Shown here one piece after another: positions 22,825-36,424 of a DNA stretch of 64,000 nucleotides. The DNA is taken from NCBI GenBank assembly GCA_964187785.1, contig OZ076410.1:42656001-42720000 (forward strand), in the 5' to 3' direction. Position 1 is the first letter of the stretch; each line of letters starts with the position of its first letter. Under the pieces are notes generated by a model, which did no database searches, was not told the origin of the DNA, and worked only from the letters and a program-made list of their open reading frames with translations. This DNA is from Amphiscolops sp. MND2022 (Eukaryota). Position numbers and translations under genes: made by a program.

Positions 22825-23650
22825 GTCTGTGCATTTTCAACTGTTCAGGATAGAAATAGCTGTTAGCGTTCATAGTTTTTTTTCAAACTTCAGCCATCTC
22901 TGACTTTCATAGTTTGATGCCAGGTCTGGTCCTATGTCGGAAAGGTGAAATTTAGAATCACAGGCTAACAAATGACAAAACTAAGATCTTCATGGACAAC
23001 GGTAAGGCACGTGCTGCGCTAGATAGGGACAGTGAAAGAGTCAATTTTTGCAGAGCTAGATCTTTTCCTAACATTTCTCTTAAATTCTTTCAACGCTCAG
23101 CTTGGATACAAGTAAGCGTGGAACTGCATAAGTCAGCGCCCCGCAAAAGACTTGAAAAGTGTAAAAAGTCTTCAAAGCGTCAAGGAATCTTTGAATAAAA
23201 TATCAAAATCACAGTATCGAAAAAAACCCAAAAGGGGGACTTTTTGATCCTAAAAGGGCTTTTATGCTTTTATTTTCACCACAAATATCAATTAACTTCG
23301 ATATAACGTCAATACGTCTGGATATATATGTATGTTAGATAGCTTTGTTGCTACAAAGGAATAGTTTGGCATAACAAAAGATATCAATGTTGAAACTTGT
23401 TTTTAGCTACCCAAGTCGAAATAGGAAACTAAATCGTCAAATTACTCCTAGACATAAGTTTCGTTGGAAAATTGCTGTTGTCACAAGTCTATAACATGTT
23501 TCACAACCTCGGGTGTTAGAAAGCAGATTATAATGTCAAAGAAACCACAAATGGAACTTCAACGATGAGGATAAACTGTTTAATGAGGAAAAAAATTACA
23601 ATTATTGAAGTAATAAATCAAAATCATCGATGGAGAATTGATTGGTTTAG

Positions 23651-23876
23651 AATCCACGTGGAAACATTGCTGAATGAAATGAACGAGAAGAACGAGGCGA
23701 GCAAACTGCAGAGCGACTGGCAGGACGTCGCCGTCATCATAGACCGCTCTCTAATGATCATCTTCACTGTGATTGTGCTCTCTGCCACCCTTTACATTTA
23801 CAATCAGTATCCGGCCTCGCTCATTCGCCCAGTCAATAACCCCGCCCAACCTGGCATCGTCATCCAGAACAACTGA
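23651..23876 (+). CDS. nAChR-like subunit, terminal exon (MA helix, M4, stop)
   Basis: IHVETLLNEMNEKNEASKLQSDWQDVAVIIDRSLMIIFTVIVL matches the W..VA.+.DR M4 signature. ggtttag acceptor; AATAAA near 24205. Confidence 0.88.
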
Positions 23877-24329
23877 GTACCACACCCCCAATCCACATCC
23901 AATCACCAGGAGATCAGCCAGGAAATAACTACTAGTATTGCATGTTCATAAATTCAGTATTTGTATCCACTTTCACAAAAGACCAAGTACACCAATGTAT
24001 TGTTCTACTAATTTCTTATAGTTTGTACTTGCCCAATATAGTATATTCATAACTTTTAACCACAGAAGTACATTTTGGACTTTTATCGAAACTCATACAT
24101 GACTTATCATAAAAAGCGTAAACTCTTCACTCAAAATTATCAAAATTCAAAATTACGTAGCTACTTTACATCAAGTCATGTATGAGTGCTAGCATCATAG
24201 AAATCAATAAATTATTCCTCCTTTTCAAAAAACCTCTCCCAACTATTAAAACTTAGCTCACCATATTTTTGTGAATAACACCACCCGTAAAAAAAGGAAT
24301 CCTGAGTCAACATGTGCACTCAAAACAAA

Positions 24330-26050
24330 ACTTTGAAGCAGCAGTTAAGATCCAGAACCGCAAACATTGGCCTCATCTCCGAGCTGGAGCCACAAATCTA
24401 AACCGTTGTAAGTCAGCAAGACACATACGTCACCGAAGACTATATGGGTACTTTGGACGCAACTCTTTGAACACTAGAGACTAAAGTCAATACGTCAGTA
24501 AATCTGAATGCGGCATTACTGCAGAAACCTCCCCACAATTCGGAGATAATGCGTAAAAAAAATTTGACATTGTATTAGAAGTCGAAATGAACGTTCAGAC
24601 ACATATCAAGAAAGTATAACGACGGGTTGAAGCACGAAAACGGAGACCCGAGAGTTGTGGCAGCTGTCGTAAGTCAAAACCGCACCCACTGCCAAGAGCG
24701 TAGTCACGCCGAAGTACTATCTACCAAAAATCAGTGGTCATTACAAGCACTCGAGGACTCCTTTTCACGATCAGATAGTGACAGCAGTGGACAGCGACCC
24801 TCCAATTCCAGATACTCAACAACTGAACTACGAAAAGGAAGCTGTTACAGGAGAAGCAGTCCAAGTGTAGATGCATCTGCCTTTGTGTGCGCCAAACGAT
24901 GGAATCGGATTGGAGATGCAAACAAACGACTGATCATGTACGCGCATTCGGAAGTGAAGGTTCGGAAGGACTCCGCAGAGCCACTTCAGAAGCAGTTGAC
25001 GAAAATCTGATTGCACTGACTAGTTGAATAGGGAAGCAGAGCTTTGTGACTCCATCTGGGTACATATCCTCGCTGAGAAACTGTATGCTGAATCTAGACG
25101 ACAAAGGAAACTGGTCACCTCGGATGAAAGTATCAGGACGGTGGCGCATATGCGGAAGTTCTGAGGTCCAGCCTTTGGAGGCACCGATAACTTAAGGACT
25201 CCAATTCAAAGGAGAGGCCAGACAGGCGTTCTAGGGCAACTAAGTACAAGGTAAGTGAACAACTGTAACTATTTTGAGTATCATCAGTTGTACCGATGTG
25301 AGAAGTCAAGGAGCACTCGCAAAACACGTCATCACACTCTTCTAGAGTCATAACGAAGAAACCAGCTAGTCAAACTGGAAACGTAAAACCATGCACACAA
25401 CTAAGAACAATTTAGCAGTTCCACTCCCTATGGCAATGGTTCCGATAGTTCTGCCAAACTCAATAAAGCCGATTAGGTGCCGAGCATTCTTGACTGCGTT
25501 GTATAGCTGATTATAATTACCGAGTCGAGGACGCACTAAATTCCATTCGATTTTAAAACTTCATGTGAAATCGACATCAACGGACATATTTTATCAAAGA
25601 AGGTTATCACGAGTACTGTCAGACTTTAAATAGCTCTCTATTTGCTGGACATGAGCTCATTGGTGCTTCCAAAGCTGGAAGAACACCTTCCAGCAGCTAA
25701 ACTTCCAAGTGATGTCTACATGTACGATCAATCACACTTTACCATCTAACTCCACGTGGATCGATATTATTCTGGGAGCCGATGTTTACGAAGACGTTGC
25801 CCTTGGTGGCAAGCTGGAAGAAAGCAATAGATTGATGTTTCGCAGTAAAGTATTTGAATGGGTTATCGCCGATACGGAAATCAAAGCATTTTCGGATACA
25901 AAAACTATCCAGACTTCATTTGTATCACTTCGTGCGAACATTACCCTACAACATGCCATGCTGGAAGAAGCGAGAAATCCAAAGACAAGCTCTCAACACG
26001 CCCGAAAAGAAAGAGCGATGTGAACAACACTTTCATGAAAACACAGGATT
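24330..26050 (+). pseudogene. BEL/Pao retrotransposon gag-protease remnant
   Basis: IDIILGADVY...FEWVIA matches the Pao peptidase IDxLIGxD...GW motif, preceded by a degenerate V.+.....RAxLD-like segment near 25430-25500. Confidence 0.6.
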
Positions 26051-26059
26051 GATATAGTG

Positions 26060-26245
26060 TTTTGTGCGCTCCTCGCGAACTCGGAGAAACAAGAGGAATA
26101 AAAAACAAGAGTAATTTCAAAGTCGAGTAGAAAGTTGATATTGAACATAAAGTCAATTACTTTGTTCGAAGAGTCAAATTGACTGAACAGCAAGTCTCAA
26201 TTAGGCAGTTAACATGGATTGGTTGACTCTCATTCCTCAGTTATT
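26060..26245 (+). repeat. dispersed repeat (probable LTR fragment), second copy at 34408-34595
   Basis: Shared ttttgtgcgc..ctcgcgaac...AATAAAAAACAAGAG...ggttgactctcattcctcagttatt. Confidence 0.7.
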
Positions 26246-27300
26246 GGCAAATATTCGCGCCAGTCAATTGCAAGACGAGAAACTCAAATTAGAACGTGAC
26301 TGATGAAACTTATAACTCAAATTACTTAGAAAATGTATCAAGATTTGAGTTGGAAAATTACAAGTTTCAGCGTAAATATGCCTGAGGGAAATTACACCAC
26401 CCCCTTTTTGAGAAGCACTTGTCCAATGACCATGACACTTAGTATGTATATACTAGAGATGTTAACTCAACTTTTCACTTGAAGCACCAATTTCCGTATC
26501 TGTTCTGGGTTCCGAGCAATTAACACCCAAAGTGACCTAAGTCGCACCCTTGAAAACCCATATTTTGGTATACAAGTTATTACGTGATTTTCTCATATCA
26601 CCTTGAACGAAATGTAATTCTACTGAATGTAATGATATTTACATTGTATGAACATACTTTCTAGCCCACCTAACCAACATGCCAAAACCACCACATAGTT
26701 TGTTTACCTAGCCAGTAACTTCATATTATGCTTTAAATGTCATAAATTTATGCCACATATTTCAACTGATATTTGCTCTATGTTTACTGTAGAATTGCAA
26801 ACCACGTTTATACCATTACTAGACAGGGATTTTCACGACTGAATAGCTATAGTCAAGTTGGGTCTCAGGACCGCGAGACTTATTAACTTTCCTCATCTTC
26901 ACAACTTTTCGCTGGAGCAAAAAAGTAGCTACTCTCATAGTTGGAGAGCCGGAGCGCGTAAAGATAGAGAGCGGGAAGTTTGTGACCGGCCACATCGGAT
27001 CCACACTAGTGTAAAGCGGGGTCACCAGGAGAATCCATGTGTCACATCGGACCCACCAGCCAAAAAATACAGTCCTTTGAAACAGAAAGCAGAATTTGTT
27101 TACTAACGGTCCACAGTACTAAGCAACGGATCAGTGCGGCATAAAGCTCGTCAAGCCTCAGCGCAGGATAAGGGCAAGCAGCCGTTACATTTGGTCCGCC
27201 GACCCGGACAGAGAAGACGAGGACGAAGACGACTCGTTGGTGGACAACTGAGAACATTGCCCAGAAAGAGCAAGTGTCTATCTCTGAGAGCTTGGGCTAG

Positions 27301-27396
27301 TGTGTATCTTGGCGATTGTGCCACTGTGTTTCTTGGCGATTGTGCCATTGTGTATCTTGGCGATTGTGCCACTGTGTGTCTGGGCGATTGTGCCAT
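27301..27396. repeat. 24-bp minisatellite x4 followed by degenerate units to ~27530
   Basis: Units tgtgtatcttggcgattgtgcca(c/t), with alternating last base. Confidence 0.95.
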
Positions 27397-27581
27397 TGTG
27401 ACTCTTGGGAGTTCGAGCGGTTGTGACTTTGGGAGATTGGGCAATCGGTACTCTGGGAGTTTGAGCTCTGGTACTCTGGTGTTTGGGCTATTGTGTACTC
27501 TGGGAGTTGGGCTTTAGTTGGGAACTCTGGAGGTATTTGTGCATCAATTTTTGTTTTGGGACGAACTCTATCCTTTGGAAC

Positions 27582-27754
27582 GTATTCCTGATTGTAACAA
27601 GAACTTGGTCTAAAACGTCACTGCCAGTAAATCCACCAGATGAAGAAAACGGATCAAGTCAGAGGGAAGTATTCCTGATTGGAACAAGAACTTGGTCTAA
27701 AACGTCACTGCCAGTAAATCCACCAGATGAAGAAAACGGATCAAGTCAGAGGGA
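27582..27754. repeat. 87-bp tandem duplication x2
   Basis: gtattcctgattg..cagaggga at 27582 and 27669; encodes VFLI(V/G)TRTWSKTSLPVNPPDEENGSSQR twice. Confidence 0.95.
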
Positions 27755-29659
27755 CAAGATCCACCGAAACAACCAAGTTCGTCAGTGAAGGCACCTATAA
27801 TCGACAGTATTGGGTTGATTCTTCTAGAATTGGCAATTGATTGCCGGATTGAGAAGTTGACACTTTCTATCCAAGAATTTGCAGAATTGGGAAAAGGTGA
27901 CAAAGTCTACGAGAAACAATTGTGAAGTTCGAAAGCCCCCAGTGAAACGAAAAAGTCATCTGAACAAATGAAAGGCAGAAAGAAAGAAAGGCACGGGGTG
28001 CAGCATCCTCGAATGACAATTGTGTTTGAAGAAAGTAACACAAAGCAGAACGAAACCCTAATGGAACTCAGACCAAACGATTTGGAACATATGTCAGATT
28101 GGTACGTGTGGGGCCTCTCTTGGAATATTGTACCCATACATGTGGAAAAACTACATACGTTGGTAAAAGTCTTGGATGACAAGCTCAATGAGAAATAACA
28201 TGTTGTATCCAAAAGCAACTTGATTGATTCCGTAGTTGAATACCGAGAGAAGACAAGGGTTGCTGTTTTGTGTAGACTCCAAGTTGAGTCTTGCGAATGA
28301 AGAAACGCTCAGTCGAAGTGTGACTGAATGGAATGAGTGTTTTGCGAAATTGGAATCGAGCTGGGGATACTAGTTCCACGATGTGAGGCAAAAGTTGAAT
28401 TGTCCAATTGACGGGGCAAAGGTGTCGGAACTGAGCCTGATGGCAAATTGAACGTCTACAGACGCAGCTAAGAGATGCCCCCGCACAAGGACAGTGAGGC
28501 AAAGACGTGTCAATCAGACAATACAAAAGTGTATATAGAAAACGGCTAACTGAAGGGAATCACTGACGCGGTCAAGAAGGACCAATGACTAAGAATTTCG
28601 CTGGGTTATCGGAGACAGCATATCTGAAGTAGAAAACTCAGTCAACGATGTGACATCACTACTCGAAGAAAAGGGTAATGTGTCTGACAAAACAATACAG
28701 ATGGACAACAGAACAACAGTTATCGACAACAGCTCAAAAAGGTCTAATGGAGACCAACAGGCTCATTAGAGAAGGCGGAGGATCAGTAATTGGATGAGTT
28801 CCAAGACCAAAGAGACCAAAGTAGCAATCCTGGAACATTACAAATAGAGAACTGGGCAAACACTCACTACTGGTTTCACGGAGACTCAGATAGTATGGAC
28901 AAGACAGAATTAGTCGAGAACGAGGCTAAGTCCAATATTGCAGTATCAGTACATTCAACGCCAAAGAATGCTGTCAAAATAGTTCAAGAAGGAAAGGTCT
29001 CCGCACCTACGAGGGTTTCAAAACCACTGGCGATACCAGTCATTTCCAGAGGAGCCGCTGGGTGAGACGATCGGAAAGACAGGTTTAAAGCTGATAACGG
29101 AGCATGCAGACAAGGAGCAACATCTCAACCAGAAGTGAAAGTTGCAAACAGAGGAACCTCGAAGCTTCTCACAGCGGAATGTATACAGAACTGGTCAGAA
29201 ACAATCGTTGTAGAAAATTTTCGGCAAGACTTCCATTCAGAAACCCACCTCGCGGATACCAAACACGTTTTGGAAGGAGAGATCCACTTGGTCATGAGTG
29301 AGCATTCGATAGTGCAAACAGAGGTGAACTTGAAATATACAATGACGGAAAAAAGGAAATAGCATAGAAGGTCAGCATTCGCACCTAGCAACCAAACTTT
29401 GAAACAATCGAGTGTGCAATTTGAACTGCTGCAAGATAGGGCAGAAGCTACCACTGTGAAGAAATTACTTGCGCATGCACAACAAGCGAACCTGTTTCTA
29501 GTGACAACGTTCTATGCCGATAATCTACTCCTTGAAGAAGAAAACAAATGTTTTGAATTGGACAAAAGATATGAATTTGTGCAAGAGCAACAACTTGCTC
29601 TGAAGACGATTGGAATGAAGAGGCCATCTATCAGAAGCTAGGCCACGTTGCAATGAAAC

Positions 29660-32600
29660 ATGACTAACCCAAGGAATTCAATGTGAAACACAAGCCATGA
29701 ATGCAAACTTTAAAAAGATATTTGATCTTGACTTCAAGGAAAGCCTTGTTGAAGACACTATTCCGAGTGATAGTAATATTTGAAACCATTGGACTGGTTA
29801 TGGAAACTCTGGGATAGATGCAGTAGCACAAGCTAACGACATTGACAAATCTCAATTGAGAAAAGGCCACCGCAAGCGACAAAAGAAAAGAACTTGGAAG
29901 ATTCAACCTATCTGGAACATGGAACATGATACATCAAATGGATGAAAACGTTCAGTTGAACGACAATGGAATACAAAATGACACAACTTGGCTACGTGAG
30001 TTCACAGACAACGTATGAGTGACAAGAACGCAAATGTGTTCTTTGAAAGTACCAACAGCAGCAAGTTTGAGCAATATCATACATAGCATGATGTATTGCA
30101 AAGTGCCGGCTGCACCGTTCAAGACAATTAGGAAGCATGTTTTGGCAACCCATTGACCATTGATGGTTTCTTCTTCATTGGCAATGAAATTGGTGAGATT
30201 GAACCCACAGCTATCCAACATTTGATTAATTTGAGGAGCGACGGAAATTGTCACTCGGAAAACTTTCCCGACTGAGGAAAAACTTCAAAAATAATCGACG
30301 TAGAATGAATCAGAATCTGTTTCAAAAGCTACAGTGAATTGCAAACAATTACATCTTTCCCCTTGTTGAACACTAAAACTAGCCACTGTTGGAGATGAAG
30401 TTGAACCAAAATTATGACGCGTATTTTGGTAGACTTCAATCTCATCACTGACGCAGTCTCTCCAGAGAAAACGCAAAAACTTGTGTTCGTTCTCTGATAG
30501 TCCGATTTGCATAAACATGGCTTCAATGTCAGCTGTTGATGCAGCGCGAAACAAGAGAAATCAGAGGAAGATGCCAATCAGACCTGACAAGAGATCCAGG
30601 CCTGGAACAGGAATTTTTTAAGCGAAACTTGACAGAAACTAGAAGCGGCATTACAAACACGACCGACTTTTTAAAGGCTTCTTCGGATTATACACAAGAT
30701 GATGGGGCAGATACCACTGAGGATCTTTTTCCCCAGTTGTCATTTACTCCGCGAACGTAACTTTTCAGTTATTCGACTCGAAAGGAAACAGTGTTACGAC
30801 GTTTCAAATCAGGAGTTTTCTCAAGATGTTTCTTTACTTTGTTTTTTTGGCAAGACAAATTTGTTCGGCAACGAAGTTTTAGCGTTTGCACACAGTAACC
30901 CGATGCAATAAAGTTGACCATTGAAAACCGTTCACCATTGTATGTTTTTTTTAGTACTTTCTTTGCCTCTTTATCACCCCGAGAACGTCCATCAACAACG
31001 ACGAACAACGCGTACGACTCAGAAGCCCAGCATTTGACATCTGCGCTGAGAGTTTTTCGTTTTCGCTACAAACGATTTCTTCGTTCGCTGCGAAGCAAAT
31101 TGAGTATTGTAGTGTGTTCAGTTAGGCAATTGACCGCCCACAAACCAACCCAGGGGTAACTGAACAACCAAAGTTGAACGGTTTTCCGACTCCCTGTATC
31201 CCAATGGACAAGTCGCTGGATAAACGTCTTGATCCAAGATGACAGAGTTTTTAGAGTAGGCAATGACGGTAGCGGCGACTATTTCTAAACGTATCTATGC
31301 TTGTTTCACTCTTTTCAAAACTATTCTTTGTTCTGAGCGACAACCCTGGCCTGACGATAGCGGAAAACTTCAAAGGAACAGAGTCTTCATTTTCAAGCAA
31401 AAGTGACATCAAATCAACACATCTCGTGCTGCCTTCGGGTAACTTTGTCACCCCTCGAACTGAATCAATTTGATTAGATCCTAAAATGCTCAACCAAGAT
31501 CTGAGAGATTCAGCGATGCAGAAGTTGGAACTTCCTCTGTCACAAAAAGCCCATGCCTTTGTAGTTGTAGAGCCATTTTTTAACCCAACCCCCATTACGT
31601 GCAAAGGCCCTTTCTGAATCAATCATTTGTTCGTTATGGGATACCTTGCCTTGGCGGAAGAACTTGTATGCTTTTCGACTGTTTTGAACTTCTCAGACTT
31701 TTGAACAGCAATAGAATCGATAACATCAAAATTTTCGTGGCTGGATGTTTCTGTTACAGCCAATCGCAGAATGTCAGCACATGTACCGGAGAAGCAGAAC
31801 GCTCAACAATGGCAAACCAGTGCTCACGCATGTTGATCGGAAGCTTGGAAAGTAGATGCGACATTTTACTTGTGGACTGGTGGTGAAAAAGTTCTCACTA
31901 AAGACTGACACAATGGATTTTACAACCTGTGAAAACTCTATTATGGATTCCGAATTGTGCATTTTCACTATAAGGTACTTCGAAAGTTTTTCAATCTCTT
32001 CGCCTACAAATAAAAGAGGAGCATTGAATCGAAGGCGTGCTCAAAATGAATACCACTGAAGCCATAACCTTCAAACGTGGCATGTGTTTTTCCAGTGGTG
32101 AAAAAGTTGAGGTATCATTTGCGCATACCCAAGTGGGATTACGACAAGTTGCGACAAAGAGACCATGGCATTCAAACAATGGGTCGCCTTGAAGACATCT
32201 ATTCAGAATTTTGATGAAAAATTCGTGACTCATTTGTTTTTCAAAGAAGCTTTCCAGCAAGGAAACTGCTGGGTTACCCAATTTTCCTAACACTTGGTTG
32301 AAAAACCAGTATGTGGCGGTCCCCCTCCCTTCTTATGACTTTGATCATAGTGAGTTGTTGGCTAAGTGCCAGTAGTAAAGGAATGAAATGAACGTTGCGT
32401 GACTAGCTGGGAGACATTTGCACTTTGAGCATAGAAATTCGCTGGCACTGAAATCTTAGGTGGTGAAAAAACAGAAAACGAACGTTGGGACCTGAGTGCT
32501 GACTTGTGAACTATTTGGAACCACAGGTACCTCAGCACCAGAAGCACCATTGTTAAACAATATGTTGGCAGGCGGGCAGTCGACATTTGAAGCGACCTCG

Positions 32601-32900
32601 AGTTGTTCAAAGTGTCAGGTTGAACCCGCACACTTGATTGTTCGTTTCGATTCTGAATGCTAGTGACGGGCTGGAAAACTGTATGGGTGTCGGCAAAAAC
32701 CAATTTGAACCAATTGGAGGCTGCACAACTGCCGCGAGGCGATGAACGTTCTGATTTGTGGTAGTTTCATCAACGTTCACTTCTTGCTCAGCTTGACTTT
32801 GATTAACACTATTGACCCAATTTTCCCTTTTCAACATTTTCATCAATCTCGAGGTCGACCGAGCTGTCATTCGAATTTTTGTCAAGTTTGTTCTTGGACT
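29660..32900 (-). pseudogene. BEL/Pao gag-protease-RT remnant
   Basis: Protease AWAFCDRGSS (31251-31622); RT ADIEAMFMQI...LRFLW...RHNFGSTSSP...FYVD (30285-30554); QMLDSCGFNLTNFIAN downstream. Confidence 0.85.
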
Positions 32901-35279
32901 TTATTTCGTTTTCTTCGTCTAATTGAAGTGAATTCCAATGTAATTTGGCCTCTGGTATTTTTTTTCGCTTCGACTTGACGTTCAATCTCTTCTTTTTGAA
33001 TTTTCAACTCAATCACACCTCCCATTCTTCACATTTTGAAGATCGCTGGGAACCCTTACTCCTATGTGTCGGCTCTCTCAAATAGTTTGAGATTTCTCAA
33101 AAATTTCCATGCAAAAACGGTTGATTCCGGAGCTAGTTGCCGTAGGTTGACTACAAAATTAGGTTTGAAGAAAAAAAGGCACACCGAGAAAAATAGGCTA
33201 AGAACATTCGTTTTTAAAGACTGAAAACTTTTATCCCTAACCACACATATCACCCAATCCATTTTTACGCTAACAATTCAGAGATTTTTTACCCCGACCA
33301 AACGCGTTTTTGTTTTTTTACTAACAAAACAGAGTAAAACATAAACCCCAGAAAAGTCCCGACAAACTGCTACCCAACAACGCAAAGTTCTACCACGAAG
33401 AAAAAATTGCTATCCAGTTTCAGCTGAATTTAAAACACCCTCAAAAAGTCAACTCGATTAAAATTTTTTTCAAGGTCCCCAAAACTTCCAAGGGTTTCTT
33501 TCGCCTTCATGAACAATAAAATTTGTGACCGTGGCTGATGTTGTTAAAGGTGGAAAAGACCAACTCGAAGGAAAACTCCCTGAGTGGAGAAACTCAATGG
33601 AACAAATCGTTTACGGAAGAACCAAAAACTTAGGAGGATTGATCGTAGGAGAAAATAATGAACAACAACTGATCAATGGTGAAACTGAAACTGGTTTAAC
33701 AAAAATGGCATAATGGCAAAGTAAACTGCATAAAGCAGGAAAAAAACATAAAAATGCTACGGTGAAAGAACAGCAACAAATGACAAAAAAGCGCTAAAAA
33801 ACCAACGAGAATTCAGAAAAATTTTGTTCAGAGTGGATGATCAACAAAATTCAGCAACAAGCGAGAGTCTTGGGTGTAAAGACAAAGAAAAATTCAAGGG
33901 TTCAGCACGCAACATCGACTTCCTAATAAATCGTCCCAAAAAGCACCATTGTTTCACGTTTGTTCAAAAAACTGCAATTTTCGACGTCTCAAGGACGCCT
34001 GTGCTGAAAAAACGCAATTTGCACTGTTGGAGTGGAAAACGTAATGCTGATCTTCAGCTACTACGAGACGCTGATGCCTCTGAAGAAACAAGACACTGAT
34101 GTTTTGATCACAGACGCTGGTGTCTGCAGCAGATGTTATAGTTTTAGTATTCATGACCCTTTGTGGCGGGGCTTACTTCCTCGTTGAAACTGCAAACTGC
34201 GAAACTGGAAACGGATACTGCGACGGTTTTTCTATCGGCGACGACTGCTTTGGAAGAAGCGCAACATATAGCAACAAGACACAGGTCAGTCACAGTAGAT
34301 AACAATTGACGAAATATGACTAAGTCCTCTCGGCTAGTGAAGCTGGCGACGACAGCTATAGTAAGCTGTGAATCCTGGCGACTTGGCTTCGGTGTCCGCG
34401 GGCCAAGTTTTGTGCGCGCCTCGCGAACCCAGGAAAATGAGATGAATAAAAAACAAGAGTCAATTTAGAGTTGACGAGAAAGTTCAGTTTGAACAGAAAG
34501 ACTTTTAGTTTATTCAAAGAGTCGAATCAACTGAACAGTATTTCTCAATAAAGAAGTTAAGATAGACTGGTTGACTCTCATTCCTCAGTTATTGAAGAAA
34601 CCTAAGATTACGCTCATTCCTAAGATTGTCAGAACTATTGAAATGAAGCCACTGCTCTAACAGTGTTTTTTTGTTCCAATGGGACTACCCAAAGCAGGAA
34701 CAAAACCCACGAACCAATCTTAAGCCACCATTTAACTACCTGCAAAAAGTCTGGGAAAAGGGAAAAGAGGTTTGGGTTTCTTCACGTTCACTAAGGTTGC
34801 AGTCATACAAGATAATCTTGTAATTAGGTTAATATATTTGATCTTTGAAGGGAATAAGCATTCGGAAAGGATGAATTTTTGACACACAAAGGTAGTTTGA
34901 ACTTGAAAGGTTTGGACTAGACAACAAAATCATCGAATCCTTATCAAATTTGGTAACAAAATCCCGTACTAGAGAGGTGAACGGATTGCTTCATTTCGTC
35001 GAAGAACTTTCACCGCGGTAACGGGCGCTGTTTCAATTGAGTTTTGAACTACTTCAAACAATTACGCAACAAAATTACATTGACTGCATGTTATGATGTT
35101 TTCCAACGAGCGCTTAACACATCATTCAACGGTAAGAATGTGTAGGATTGGCATTCGTTGTAAAGCTTCCTTTCGATAAAGGATAACGAACGATTAGGTA
35201 AATGTTCTACCATAGCAAATCGACCAAGATTGTTTTGAGAAAAGAAAGCATGCTGATCCGAAAAAGTAAAAAGATACAC

Positions 35280-36130
35280 TGAGTTGATGAACTGAGTTTG
35301 TTTCAATGGAACATATGGAAGAAATCCCAAAGACGACAAAGACGAGCATTCCAGTGAAGCTCTACGTACCGAATTACTAACGACAAAAAAATAATTTACC
35401 AAAAATCAACGGTGCTTTTTTGAATGACCGTCTCACAACTCTTACGCTTCCAATTTCATCGAATTGCGCTACCGTCAGACATAGCGAAAAAGTTCTAGCA
35501 GTTTGCAATAAAAGACAAAAATAAAGACTTTTTGCGACTTATCTGGAGTGACTGTCACGAAAAACTCTAAAACTCTGGCAACAAATACGCGAGAGATTAA
35601 CGGTGTCGCTTCAGCAGCTTTCCAGCCGACTCGCTTCTTGGAAAATATCGGAGAAACAACAGCATGGCAAAGGAAACCATTCAAATTAATAACGTAGACG
35701 ACCTCAGTGGACCCAAGAACTGCGCGTTTGCAAGTGACAAAATGTTGGCTCTAATACAAAACGTTAAGCAAATTTGGATTACCGACTCGTGAACTAATTC
35801 TCTCCAAACCAAAAAAAAACAAAAGATTATAAACAGACAACGACTATTAAAAAAAACTCTGGGCTGGACTACCGAAATAATAGGAAGGGCGTCCTCAGAG
35901 GGGTGACCAGTGAATTGGTTGATGACCCCTTTTTCCGGAATCTTTGATTCACAGTGGCTGTGTTGTAATGGCAAAAAATTTACGCACAAATCATGACATC
36001 CGGAAAGAGATAAAAAGAACCCGTCGTCTTCGGTCAGGGTATTGTAGAGGAAGAAGTACGCGAAAAACGTTTTGACCGATGTAAATGCCTGTAGACCCGA
36101 CGTAGCAACGCTCAGTGACAGACCCAAAAT
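35280..36130 (+). pseudogene. BEL/Pao RT fragment
   Basis: Translation from ~35475 gives SDIAKKF*QFAIKDKNKDFLRLIW, matching the Pao DI.KMF.Q...D...R.LW motif; the rest is very degenerate. Confidence 0.5.
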
Positions 36131-36424
36131 TTCTGTCAAAAACTATCCTCTTCGCCCCATCTTACTAAACGAAAACTAATTTCAACATCATAATTTCTAT
36201 TTTCATTTTCCTGTGATGAATTCTCTCTAATATTAAAAGAGGTCTCAGTGTCATTTCTACTAATAGATGCGTGAATAGTGTTCACAAGTTCTCGCTTAAT
36301 TGGATTTGAGATTCCATCATCTAGGATCACGTCCATGTTTCGAAAGTCGGAGAACAAGTCGGAGAACTTCTCTTGATCCTCTTGCTTTGGCCTTCTGTCT
36401 CCTAGTGGAAGGCAAAAGAAATTA

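Larger units (their letters stand above)
26850..29650 (+). mobile_element. decayed LTR element 5' portion, probably BEL/Pao
   Basis: ...TTACA TT TGGTCCGCCGACCCGGA at 27185-27208 resembles the tRNA-Arg-type BEL PBS, followed by tandem repeats and fragmented A-rich coding-like sequence. No clean domain motif. Confidence 0.4.

Noticed and set aside
27301-27754. CRISPR-like array
   Set aside because: Units are directly adjacent with no unique spacers, there are no cas genes, and the context is eukaryotic.
33500-34320. Separate gene or BEL integrase fragment
   Set aside because: Only short frames with no motif I could support, so it was left unannotated.
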